A stretch of DNA of 64,000 bases from Tubulanus polymorphus (lineage: Eukaryota > Animalia > Nemertea). The notes below the pieces were generated by a model. The model was not told where the DNA came from. It ran no database searches and worked only from the letters and a program-made list of their open reading frames with translations. The stretch lies in the NCBI RefSeq assembly GCF_964204645.1, contig NC_134026.1, positions 31,520,250-31,584,249 of the forward strand. Reading direction: 5' to 3'. The translations under genes were made by a program, and so were the position numbers. Position 1 is the stretch's first letter, and each line of letters starts with the position of its first letter. This document shows positions 38,165 to 49,500 of this stretch, in pieces.

Positions 38165-38405
38165 CAAGCTGGTTGTACTGCGCTATTTGTGTTTCGTGCA
38201 ATTTTACAGGTGTGTCAGTTACTAACGTCGCCCAGTACATCCTGCAGTTAGATGGGGAATGTGAGGCGTCGTCATCCTGGTTTTCGCGTTCTGTGTGAGG
38301 GCGTGTAGAGGGCAGTATATTCCTGGCTGGCTCTTTGTCTGGTGTTCTCGGCACGTGACCGGCAACGGAGAGCTGTAAAGCTTTCGAACATTAGTTTTGT
38401 TCCGT
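38165..38405 (-). mobile_element. Second, inverted copy of the same LINE fragment
   Basis: Minus strand GGAACAAAACTAATGTTCGAAAGC...CCCTCTACACGCCCTCACACAGAACGCGAAAACCAGGATGACGA aligns with 37627-37760. Confidence 0.65.
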
Positions 38406-38504
38406 ACCAGGTTTTCATCGCTCTTCTCTTTTTTTTCATTTCAGGACTCCCAAGATGAAGAAGAAGATGCTGAAGGCGACTACAACAAAGAAGATGGCGA
38501 AAAG

Positions 38505-38857
38505 AGAACACTGAACTCAGCAATATTGAAAGTTAAGTTGATACACATGTAAATTAGGCTCAATGATGAAGAAATGTTTGACTACAGAAAGTTGTTCTTT
38601 TACTCAATTTCAGGTTCGACGAAACACAAGAAGACAATGAAGAGATTCAACCGCTGTCAAGAAAATCCTAGTCACCACTGAACTCGGCAATATTGAAAGT
38701 TAAGTTGATACACATGTAAATTAGGCTCAATGATGAAGAATTGTTTGACTACAGAAAGTTGTTCTTTTAATCAATTTCAGGTTCGACGAAACACAAGAAG
38801 ATAATGAAGAGATTCAACCGCTGTCAAGAAAATCCTAGTCACCACTGAACTCGGCAA
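38505..38857 (+). repeat. ~168-bp tandem duplication of an intron-plus-exon-like unit
   Basis: Two copies of CTGAACTC(A/G)GCAATATTGAAAGTTAAG...TTTCAG|GTTCGACGAAACACAAGAAGA...GTCACCA. Confidence 0.85.
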
Positions 38858-40329
38858 CCAAACACCAAATGCAGCAGCAGCGGATTGTCACCCAACGATA
38901 GATTCTTTGATTTCAACAAAGACTGATTCAGGAGCAGCAGCGACAAAAGTGTATCTTATAAACACTGATTCAGGAGCAGCAGCGACAATAGTGTATCTTA
39001 TAGATTCAGGAGCAGCAAAGACAATAGCGGACTTCTATAGTTAAGTATTGATCTATTTTACGTATCACCCTTTTACAAACCAGTCTGATAGGTAACATAG
39101 TTTACAAAATGGACCTGAACTGTATTCAAAGGTGCTAAAACTCTAGTTATCTTAAAATTAAGTTAAAATAATGTTAATAATGTTAATGAAAATCAAACCA
39201 AAGACTGATTAGTCTACGGTTTCCAGAGTGAATTTGGTCACATATTTTATCTCTTGCTTTACTTGGACTATTGTTAGATCCAGACTATTGTTAGATTCAG
39301 ACTATTCTTAGATCCAGTTCAGTGTTTGTTAATCAGAAACTTGCACGTTAATTCCTCGAGTAAAGTTTGCAAAATTTCAATCATCTTATAGATGCTAATG
39401 AAGTTGATTTGAAGATTAGATAGGTAATAGATTAAATGTATGGTTTGTTGTGAGGATAAAACGACAAACATGTTGATGTCAATTGTTCATAAAATACCGA
39501 TTTTATTTCAAGGTCGAAAATTCTTAATTCTTCCTAATTAAGGCTTATACGAACAGATTGTCCTCGATCTCTTACAAGATGCCATTTGTGAATAGTTGAT
39601 ATGATAGAATGTTTCATACTTGGTGAAATATAACCAAGTGTCACTTGGTGACTTCATGAATTGTTTCATAATCCTAGAATGTCGTCGGTGTTTTATGGAT
39701 CAAAGTTTCAATTCATTGTGTATTTTATGTAATTTTTGTCATTTTCCTATTGATCCAAACTCTATGAATCCGTTGAAATTAAAAGAAAATACTTTGCATA
39801 AAATGTAATATTTGAGAAATTGAACTAATCGATAATTTGTGAAAATATGTTAATTAAGACAAGTTTGTAAAATTTAAGGTCTAACAAAAATAATGTGAAT
39901 AAAGAATGTAAATCAGATTGATTACTTTATCTTACGCTTTCCAGAGTATTTGGCCAGGTTTATCTCTGGTTTTAGTGCGGGGAGCCATGGACTCACGGTT
40001 TAAGAGTCCATGGTTGTGGGCCATAGATTTTGTTGTTGTTTCAGAGTCTATGGTTGGACCATGGGTGTATAAACTTTTGTTTGCAGTTGAGTCCATCGTG
40101 GTTGGACTGTTTTTGAAATTCAGTCCACTGTGTTTGCGGAACTACTTGATTCCTCGAGCAAATACCTGGTATTTTGTATAATTGTTGTATAAGAATAAAT
40201 AAGCTTGATTTTTTTCATATTCATTTAGTTAAGTTTGTAGCATAAGGCAGTGTAATCGGCCAATGAGGGGTTTGACAACGCCTTTCACATGTTTGATAGT
40301 TGAATCTATAGCCTATTGAATCTATAGTT

Positions 40330-42800
40330 CTAATGCTGAATAGATGATGTCCCGGGTTCACCTATTCTGAGCGGTAATGATGTCAAAAAGAGGATGTACA
40401 GGGGTGTCCCGGGTTCGAATCCAGTGATTACTGATTCAGATTGCCACCCGATGCTGGATAGACGATGTACAGGGCGGGTGCCCCGGGTTCGAACCCAGTA
40501 GTGGTCCAAGGATGCTGAATAGAGGATGTACAGGGTGTCTCGACCGTACGGTGCTGCCGCTATGCTCATCGTTAGCGGGATTTCCATACACTAACTGAAG
40601 TCAACTCTGGCAATCGTCGTGCTGTCCAGTTATACTCAGTAACCCTTGCTTTCCAGAGTTGACTAACGTTAGTGTATGAAAATCCCGCTACCGATGAGCA
40701 TAGAGGCAGCACCGTACGGTTAAATGTTGATATCTTAAAAGTTATCACTGATACTGGTTCAGTGGTCCTGATGCTGAATAGAGGATGCACAGGGGTGTCC
40801 CGGGTTCGAACCCAGTAATTACTGATACTGATTCAGAGTGGTCCTGATGTTGAATAGAGGATGTACAGGGTTGTCCGGGGTTTTAACCCAGTAATTACTG
40901 ATACTGATCCAGAGTGGTCCTGATGCTGAATAGAGGATGTCCAGGGGTGTGCCGACCGTATGGTGCTGCCGCTACGCTCATCGTTAGCGGGATTTCCATA
41001 CACTAACTGAAGTCAACTCTGGCAATCGTCGTGCTGTCAGTTATACTCCGTAACCCTTGCTTGCCAGAGTTGACTAACGTTAGTGTATGAAAATCCCGCT
41101 ACCGATGAGCATAGCGGCAGCACCGTACGGTGAAATGTTGATTTCTTAACAAATGTAATTACTGATAACTGATGCAGAGTGGTCGTGATGCTGAATAGAG
41201 GATATAAAAGGGTTTCCCGGGTTTGAACCCGATAATTGCTGATACTGATTCAGAGTGTCCTGATGCTGGATAGAGGATGTACAGGGGTGTGCCGAGTTCA
41301 GTAATCACTGATACTGATTCAGAGTGGTCCTGGATGCTGATTAGAGGATGTACAGGGGTGTCCCGGGTTTGGACCAAGTAATTACTGGCACTGATTCAGA
41401 GTGGTCCTGATGCTGAATAGAGGATGTACAGGGTTCTCCCGGGTTTTAACCCAGTAATCACTGATACTGATTCAGAGTGGTACTGATGCTGAATAGAGGA
41501 TGTACAGGGGTGTCCCGGGTTAGAACCAAGTAATTACTGACACTGATTCAGAGTGGTCCTGATGCTGAATAGAGGATGTACAGGGTTCTCCCGGGTTTTA
41601 ACCCAGTAATCACTGATACTGATTCAGAGTGGTACTGATGCTGAATAGAGGATGTACAGGGGTGTCCCGGGTTAGAACCAAGTAATTACTGGCACTGATT
41701 CAGAGTGGTCCTGATGCTGAATAGAGGATGTACAGGGTTCTCCCGGGTTTTAACCCAGTAATCACTGATACTGATTCAGAGTGGTACTGATGCTGAATAG
41801 AGGATGTACAGGGGTGTCCCGGGTTAGAACCAAGTAATTACTGACACTGATTCAGAGTGGTCCTGATGCTGAATAGAGGATGTACAGGGTTCTCCCGGGT
41901 TTTAACCCAGTAATCACTGATACTGATTCAGAGTGGTACTGATGCTGAATAGAGGATGTACAGGGGTGTCCCGGGTTAGAACCAAGTAATTACTGACACT
42001 GATTCAGAGTGGTCCTGGATGCTGATTAGAGGATGTACAGGGGTGTCCCGGGTTTGGACCCAGAAGTGGTCCAAGTTGTCCTGATGCTGAATAGAGGATG
42101 TACAGGGGTGTCCCGGGTTAGAACCCAGTAATTACTGGCACTGATTCAGAGTGGTCCTGATGCTGCATAGAGGATATAAAAGGGTTTCCCGGGTTTGAAC
42201 TCGATAATTGCTGATACTGATTCAGAGTGTCCTGATGCTGGATAGAGGATGTACAGGGGTGTGCCGAGTTCAGTAATCACTGATACTGATTCAGAGTGGT
42301 CCTGGATGCTGATTAGAGGATGTACAGGGGTGTCCCGGGTTTGGACCCAGAAGTGGTCCAAGTTGTCCTGATGCTGAATAGAGGATGTACAGGGGTATCC
42401 CGGGTTAGAACCCAGTAATTACTGGCACTGATTCAGAGTGGTCCTGATGCTGCATAGAGGATGTACAGGGGTGTCTCGACCGTACGGTGCTGCCGCTATG
42501 CTCATCGTTAGCGGGATTTCCATACACTAACTGAAGTCAACTCTGGCAATCGTCGTGCTGTCCAGTTATACTCCGTAACCCTTGCTTGCCAGAGTTGACT
42601 AACGTTAGTGTATGAAAATCCCGCTACCGATGAGTATAGAGGCAGCACCGTACGGTGAAATGTTGATATCTTAAAAGTTATTACTGATACTGGTTCAGTG
42701 GTCCTGATGCTGAATAGAGGATGTACAAGGGTGTCCCGGGATCGAATCCAGTAATTACTGATACTGATTCAGAGTGGTCCTGATGCTGAATAGAGGATAC
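40330..42800 (+). repeat. Large array of the 76-bp tRNA-like unit with three 178-bp hairpins and a 152-bp higher-order repeat
   Basis: Same unit as 10985-12240; alternating variants at about 41397-42000; hairpins at 40543, 40955, 42479. Confidence 0.95.
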
Positions 42801-43768
42801 ATATTCCAGCCGTCCTGTGACTGTTAGACAAATTATCACAAATGCTCCTTTTTCCGAACTAAAACCTTTAGCCAACTCCTGACTACAACAAAACATGGTG
42901 CGAAATGAGTAGGAAAAAGAACTATAAATTCTTCAATTCAATAATGACAAATTTTTTATTGAAATCTAATTCCATTTACACAAGAAACAAAATCAATCAT
43001 CAATCACGCGATACAATAAACTACAGCCAACATTTTACATGTATTAAACATTAAACAATTAGACACTCTATTATTTAAACTTTACTAAACTAAAAATCTC
43101 ACAGGTCATGGGTCACATTATACTCTACTGTATCGGGGGATCCACTTCCACAATTCGAGATCCACTTCCACTTCATTCAGTCGAATATCATCATGTCAAC
43201 ATCTTTTTCAAAACGATGACTTAAATTTAGCCAATGAAACTTTGGACTCAAAATAATAGGGAGGACTTCAGTTTTCACAGTAGCAACTGAAACTAATATA
43301 TTGTCATGTAACAGACTAGAAATGTACACAATATTGATTAACGTATCAAATACAAACATTTATATCTCTCTTTAAAGCATTGATTCTCAATATCTATCTG
43401 TGTATGACCAGGAAAAACAAATCTAATACAAGGTGGTCATTTAGATACAGACCTCTCATACGGGAGGTCAAATACAGACCTCTTACACCACGCTAGGTCA
43501 AATACAGACCTCAGACACGGGAGGTCAAATACAGACCTCAGACACGGGAGGTCAGACCTTTTACAACACAGGAGGTCAAATACAGACCTCTTACACCACC
43601 AGAGGTCAAACACAGACCTCAGACTTTTGCACCAGTCAGATTTGACAATCGACTGTTAAATTAAGGTCATTTCCAAAAATATTTAACCCTGGAGTCAAAC
43701 TCTAGCCATGAACTGACAATGAACTGTATCCGTAGATCTAAAATTACGAGCAGCGACTCCCTCTATAT

Positions 43769-45511
43769 TTACATACAGATACTAACACAGCCGTGATAGG
43801 ATTTCGCTGATTTCATACATTTTACGACGGTCCATTCGTCTAATTCGGGATCATAAACTTCAACAATACGACTCGTTGCCGCTGTCTGATTATTGATTCC
43901 TCCCGTTATATAAATCTTTCCGTTTAATACGGTGGCGCTACTGTACATATGAGGGAAATGCATATCGGGAAGTCTTCTTACCGTTCGTTTTTCGGGACTA
44001 AATGAAATCACTTTTTTATTATCCTCCCAGATGATATAAAACTTGCCATCTATAATCGCTATTTGAGCGTATTGAATCGGTTCCCCCAATACAAACTGCT
44101 CCCCGGAATATCGTAAATTATTCGTCGTACAAATATAACTCTCGATTGTTTTTGTGTTCGTATCTCGTTGAGTTCCGCCGATTTCTATCAACGTCTCGTT
44201 ATACGGTACTAATCGCGATAGTTGCCGCGGAAACGGACACGTACCGGCAGACGTCCATTGTCCCGTATCGAGATTGAAACAATCGATTTGTTCGAAACAT
44301 GACGATTTACCCCGCGATTTCACAACGCCACCTATAACGTAGAGATTATTACCGAGGATTCCGGAGGTATGTTTCGCTCGAGGTTGTAACATCGGTTCCT
44401 CCGCGCTCCAACTTAATCCGACGCAATTAAATCTCCAAACCGACGCTACGAGGATTCCGTCGCCTAGGCAACCGCCGGTTACGTAGATACTATTGTTTAA
44501 CGCGGAGATACCGAAACAGGAAACGGCTTGCGGAATATCGGGTAAAAAACTCCATTTATCTTTATGAGGTTCGTACATTTCAACAGACGCGCTCGTTACG
44601 TTGTTATTATTTAAACCGCCGATAACGACCATTACTTCCTTAGCGACGGTTGACGGGCGTGGCAGACTCCTCATACTCAGACGTCTCTGTTGTGTTTGTC
44701 CGGAGACTTTACTCTCGTGATATTTCTTCGCTTCGTTCACCAGCGTCGAACAAGCTTCGAAGTTTCGAACGAGGTCGTCGACGGCGACCACTTCTTCGAG
44801 ATATTGTAATTTAATCGTCGGGAGTCGAATATACTCGAAAATATCGGGGAATTGTTCGCGTCTGCCGTCGAGGTCGTGATTAATCCACGACATAACGGAA
44901 CGATAAACTAACTCTTCGCTCCTGACATCGATCAGATCGCTGGAGATATACGATATCAATCGATCTAACGGCAGCTCTAGAAACTCCTCGTGTTCGACGA
45001 CGCAGCTAAAATTATCTAAAACAAAACGACGAGATTCTTCCTGTAATGATTTACACGAGTGCATATACGCGAAGTGTTCAATACCGAGGCAGTTCGACGG
45101 ATGAAGTTGAACTCGCGAGAACTCGCAACACGCGTCGACTATCGCCGGATACTCGAATAAACTCGCCGCAGCGAGAATCTCCTGAGCGTTATCTATCGTA
45201 ATCTCTAAACAACCGCTATAAACGTAATCTACGATCTGTCTCATAGTTCGCGCCGAGATCTCGTTGATATTTATTCGTCCTTCTCGACTTTCTTTCAAAT
45301 CGCACGTGAACATAGCTTTAAAATACGGACTACTGACGGCGAGTACGTTACGATGACACGGTATTTCCTCTAAACCGACGCACAGAACCGCGTCGGTAAA
45401 CTCGCTACGAGTTCGTAATAAATTCAAACCGTTTAAAATATCATCGCTATAGTTACGATCGTTTAACGTAAACGATTGTTCCGGGAACGGTTCACTTCCT
45501 CTTCGATCCAT
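43769..45511 (-). CDS. Kelch-like protein (BTB-BACK-Kelch, Cul3 adaptor; KLHL24-like), single coding exon
   Basis: 580-aa ORF with CHRNVLAVSSPYFKAMF (BTB), a BACK domain, and Kelch GG...Y...W repeats. Confidence 0.93.
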   Translation of the reverse strand: MDRRGSEPFPEQSFTLNDRNYSDDILNGLNLLRTRSEFTDAVLCVGLEEIPCHRNVLAVSSPYFKAMFTCDLKESREGRININEISARTMRQIVDYVYSGCLEITIDNAQEILAAASLFEYPAIVDACCEFSRVQLHPSNCLGIEHFAYMHSCKSLQEESRRFVLDNFSCVVEHEEFLELPLDRLISYISSDLIDVRSEELVYRSVMSWINHDLDGRREQFPDIFEYIRLPTIKLQYLEEVVAVDDLVRNFEACSTLVNEAKKYHESKVSGQTQQRRLSMRSLPRPSTVAKEVMVVIGGLNNNNVTSASVEMYEPHKDKWSFLPDIPQAVSCFGISALNNSIYVTGGCLGDGILVASVWRFNCVGLSWSAEEPMLQPRAKHTSGILGNNLYVIGGVVKSRGKSSCFEQIDCFNLDTGQWTSAGTCPFPRQLSRLVPYNETLIEIGGTQRDTNTKTIESYICTTNNLRYSGEQFVLGEPIQYAQIAIIDGKFYIIWEDNKKVISFSPEKRTVRRLPDMHFPHMYSSATVLNGKIYITGGINNQTAATSRIVEVYDPELDEWTVVKCMKSAKSYHGCVSICM

Positions 45512-46353
45512 GGTTTGATTGGTCGCACACTGGAGTTGTAGTCTCTCTCTCTCTTCTCTCTCCTCTCTTTGTCTCTATATCGCGATCTGTACTTCTGCAC
45601 TACTGGTCATTTAACTGAAATATATAAAACTACATTTATTTATAGAAATCACTTCAAGTGTAACATTTAATCCAGATATAAACGACAGTCAGTAGGATTA
45701 GTGGCGTGCTGTTGTCACCAGTCAGTCGTCAGTCAGGTGCGGTCTCGCGTAAATCAGTGACTCGTCTAAACAACATTCCTAATTCACTTATTCATATCTC
45801 TCACTCTCTGTACAGTCAGTCACTCCTCTGACATGCCTGCGTCTAATTTCATAGATTCTTGTCAAAAATAACCAAAACCACAAAATTAATTGGCGAATAG
45901 AAATTAATGAATTGAATAATTGGTTAGTTGAATTAAATTCTCACATTCTTCACAAACACGCTGTAACTCACTATAATTCCATGCTACCCAGGACCGGATA
46001 ATTGAGTAGTATTTCAATCTATTTATTCTTGTAATAATAAATTAGACAGTGCAGATTATGATAATTATTTAAGACATCCTCAGGGGGTATTCCACAATTA
46101 CGTCATTGAGTGGTTAATTGGTGGTGGCAGCACCTGACGGTTTCTATTTGAGAGACGAAAGTCGGGCCGACGCCGGACAGAGATTTGTATACTTCTGCAG
46201 AGCATCAACAACCAGCCAAATAAAGTGAAATAAACAAGATTCACACGAAACAGAGATTTTGTAATTTTTGAAAATGTATATGAAAAGTTTTATTAGAAAA
46301 AATTCTAAACAAAATATGACACACTATTCAATAATCGATCTGTTTGTGTATTG

Positions 46354-46534
46354 ACACAGGGACTTGTCACAATTGATAGTGAATGAATAAAACCAATATC
46401 AATGACCAGGTCCACTATCCCTGTATAATATAAAAACAAATAATATAAAAAAGTTATTTTATTATACAGTTGCAGGGATACTGGTACCCCCATCATTGGT
46501 CTCATCCATTATCAATTGTGACAAGTCCCTGTGT
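46354..46534. mobile_element. Foldback/MITE-like inverted repeat just downstream of the HPS1 stop
   Basis: ACACAGGGACTTGTCACAATTGATA ... TATCAATTGTGACAAGTCCCTGTGT: perfect 25-bp arms plus imperfect inner pairing. Confidence 0.75.
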
Positions 46535-46558
46535 TTGTGTAGTTAAACTGGATTGTTC

Positions 46559-49500
46559 TTAGAGCAAGTTAAACGTAGAATCCATATCACCGCCACTAGA
46601 CTCCCATAATGAACCAGATAACTGTAAACAATGAGTCAATATCACATCAGCCGGAACTAAACCAATATGTATCACATAAATCTCATAACATCGGACAGAT
46701 CTCTGAGGAATTCCACTGAAACAGTGACGGATTAACTTCCTACAACATAGAAATATACCGTTAATCAAAATCTTATTGCAAACAGAGTGAGGTTAATATC
46801 TATATACAGAATTGAGAAAAAATGTTGTCAACATGTTCCTCTTCGGAGGTCAGTTGCAGGTCTCAGATCAAAGCTTAGATCAGAGATCCAGCTCTATATT
46901 AATAACAAATCTAACAACTTAAGACCAGTCTTAACTCATTTTGGTTCTATAACCGATCTAACAACTTAAGACCAGTCTAAGCTCATTTTGGTTCTATAAC
47001 CAATCTAACAACTTAAGACCAGTCTACGATCATTTTGGTTCTATAACCGATCTAACAACTTAAGACCAGTCTAAGCTCATTTTGGTTCTATAACCAATCT
47101 AACAACTTAAGACCAGTCTACGATCATTTTGGTTCTATAACCGATCTAACAACTTAAGACCAGTCTAAGCTCATTTTGGTTCTATAACCAATCTAACAAC
47201 TTAAGACCAGTCTAAACTCATTTTAGTTCTATAACCAATCTAACAACTTAAGACCAGTCTAAACTCATTTTGGTTCTATAACCGATCTAACAACTTAAGA
47301 CCAGTCTAAACTCATTTTGGTTCCATAGTCAATCTAACAACTAATTAAACCAGTCTTAAGATTTAGTACCACTACTAGATGTGTACTTACTTGTAGAAAT
47401 TATCAGTTATGATTCCTGGTTCTCCTAATTTTGAGGAGTATTTATAAGGGTGATTAATAGGAAGCGGGTTTCCCTAAAATACGAAAAAAGAATATTTCAT
47501 TTCTTACAAGAATTCAACAACTGCGATGAAACAAGGGATGACAGTAGGATGACAGTAGGATGACACATGGTTGACCGTTGGATGACAGATGGATAACAGA
47601 TAGTTGACAGTCGAATGACAGACAGTTGACAGTCGAATGACAGACAGTTGACAGACGGATGACAGACGAATGAATACCTACCGACTGATCTTCGAACCAG
47701 AGGAAATAAGAAAACACAAAATCACCCTCTCGTTTACTCATAGCAACGTGTCCTTGTTTTAATTTCTCTTGACTCCATCGAACCATCGACCAAATCTTTA
47801 ACAAATAAATATCCATCACATGTAATCAATATTGACATGTACATGTGACATGTGGTTAACCGTCAGTCAGTGAGTTTTTACCTGTTTCTTTAGAAACTGC
47901 GTCGCGTCTCCTTGTTTTCGCTGATCCGAATCGGACATAATATTTATAGATGGCGCTGTTAGATGATCGTGAGTACGATTTATGTAGAGAAAGTGAACGA
48001 GACCCGGAAAATCTTCCAAATAACTTGAATAACTTGAAGTTAAGGTGAAGGTCACGAGAAAGGTTTCTTTGAGGCCCGGTTCAATTGTACTCTTCCTGAA
48101 GATGAAATTGGGGGCAGAAACTTCCAAACACAGCGATCTACTGACTAAGTGGATAATTGCTGTTCCACATGAGCACAATTGAACAGGGCCTAAAATAAAA
48201 GATAATAAACAGGGGCGGATCCAGGGGGACCTGTGAGAGTTTTGAGTCTCTGTTTTCAGTTTGTCAACGAACAAAAAATTGGTGCATTTGAGTACGAATT
48301 ATATTGCTTTTTGGACATTGAAGTGCCATTTTGGGATGTGACATGTTCAGGTCCCGCTACATAGAACAGCTGGTGGTGTACGGTTTGAGGTCCTGTTAAA
48401 AATGACAAAATTGTCACCTAGAACAGCTTGCGGTGAACAGTCTTACTGGCTCAGTGCGGAAGTTACCTAATGTTGCCTTTTTGGACATCAAAGTGCACTT
48501 TTTGGATGAGACAAATCCTGCACAATGAGCCCTGAATCCACCCCTGATAAGTAAAACAGTAAAGGATACAAAGTCATTGTGATGTTGCGTTGAGATTTAA
48601 CGGCTAAAAATCCCGAGAAATCTGACAATTTGTTGCTGATCATTTGCCGCAATGATACAAATGTTTCGTTGATTCTAGTTTGAACATCGTCCGGTAGGTG
48701 GCGTCGACTGATATATAATCGTTTGAATAATGTTTTCATTGTGTCTCGTAATCGACTCAGTGAATTCTCTAATCTACGAATATTAAAACAATTTAAACCA
48801 TTAAACATTAACCAAATACATCACATTACTTACTAATAATTGTGGAAGCTAATTCACAGAATTGAAGAGTAAAAATTCAAAAGTTTTCATCAACATACCT
48901 ACAATCACGATTGATAGAACACTATATCCGTGTTGACGCGATGTAGAGAGAATCCCACAATATTAACGAAAAAGTCCGAAAATGAAACTTTGCGATAGTA
49001 GTTTATTTCAACGTTTCGACTATATCATTCCTGAAGATGACTATTAGGATATAGTCAAAACATTGAAATAAACTACTATCTCGAAGTTTCATTTTCGGAC
49101 TTTTTCGTTAATATTGTGGGATTCTCTCTACAACATACCTACAAAGTTTTAACCATTTCCGAACAGTGTATTAACTGTATCATCAGGGGCCAGCTATCAG
49201 GGTCAGCTTAGATTCAAGACCAGTCTAACCAATCTAACAATTTAGTCCAACTAAGACCATTCTGGTTCTAGAGTCAATCTAAAGATCAGCCTTAACTCAT
49301 TTTGGTTCTATAATCAATCTAACAACTTAAGATCAGTCTAAGTTCATGTCGATTGTATGAACAATCTTAAGACTAATCTTAAGAGTTAAACTTACTTTTG
49401 AACATCAGTTTTGAATAAGCAATTGGCCCCTAGTGTTTAGAAACAGCCTAAACTTAATGTGCTTTCAAAAAACTTTTCAATTTTCCCCTTTAATTGTGGG

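Noticed and set aside
39600-40200. Short ORFs of 62 and 87 aa
   Set aside because: No recognisable motifs or supporting splice structure.
40330-42800. CRISPR-like repeat/spacer array
   Set aside because: Units are contiguous with no unique spacers, there are no cas genes, and the context is eukaryotic.
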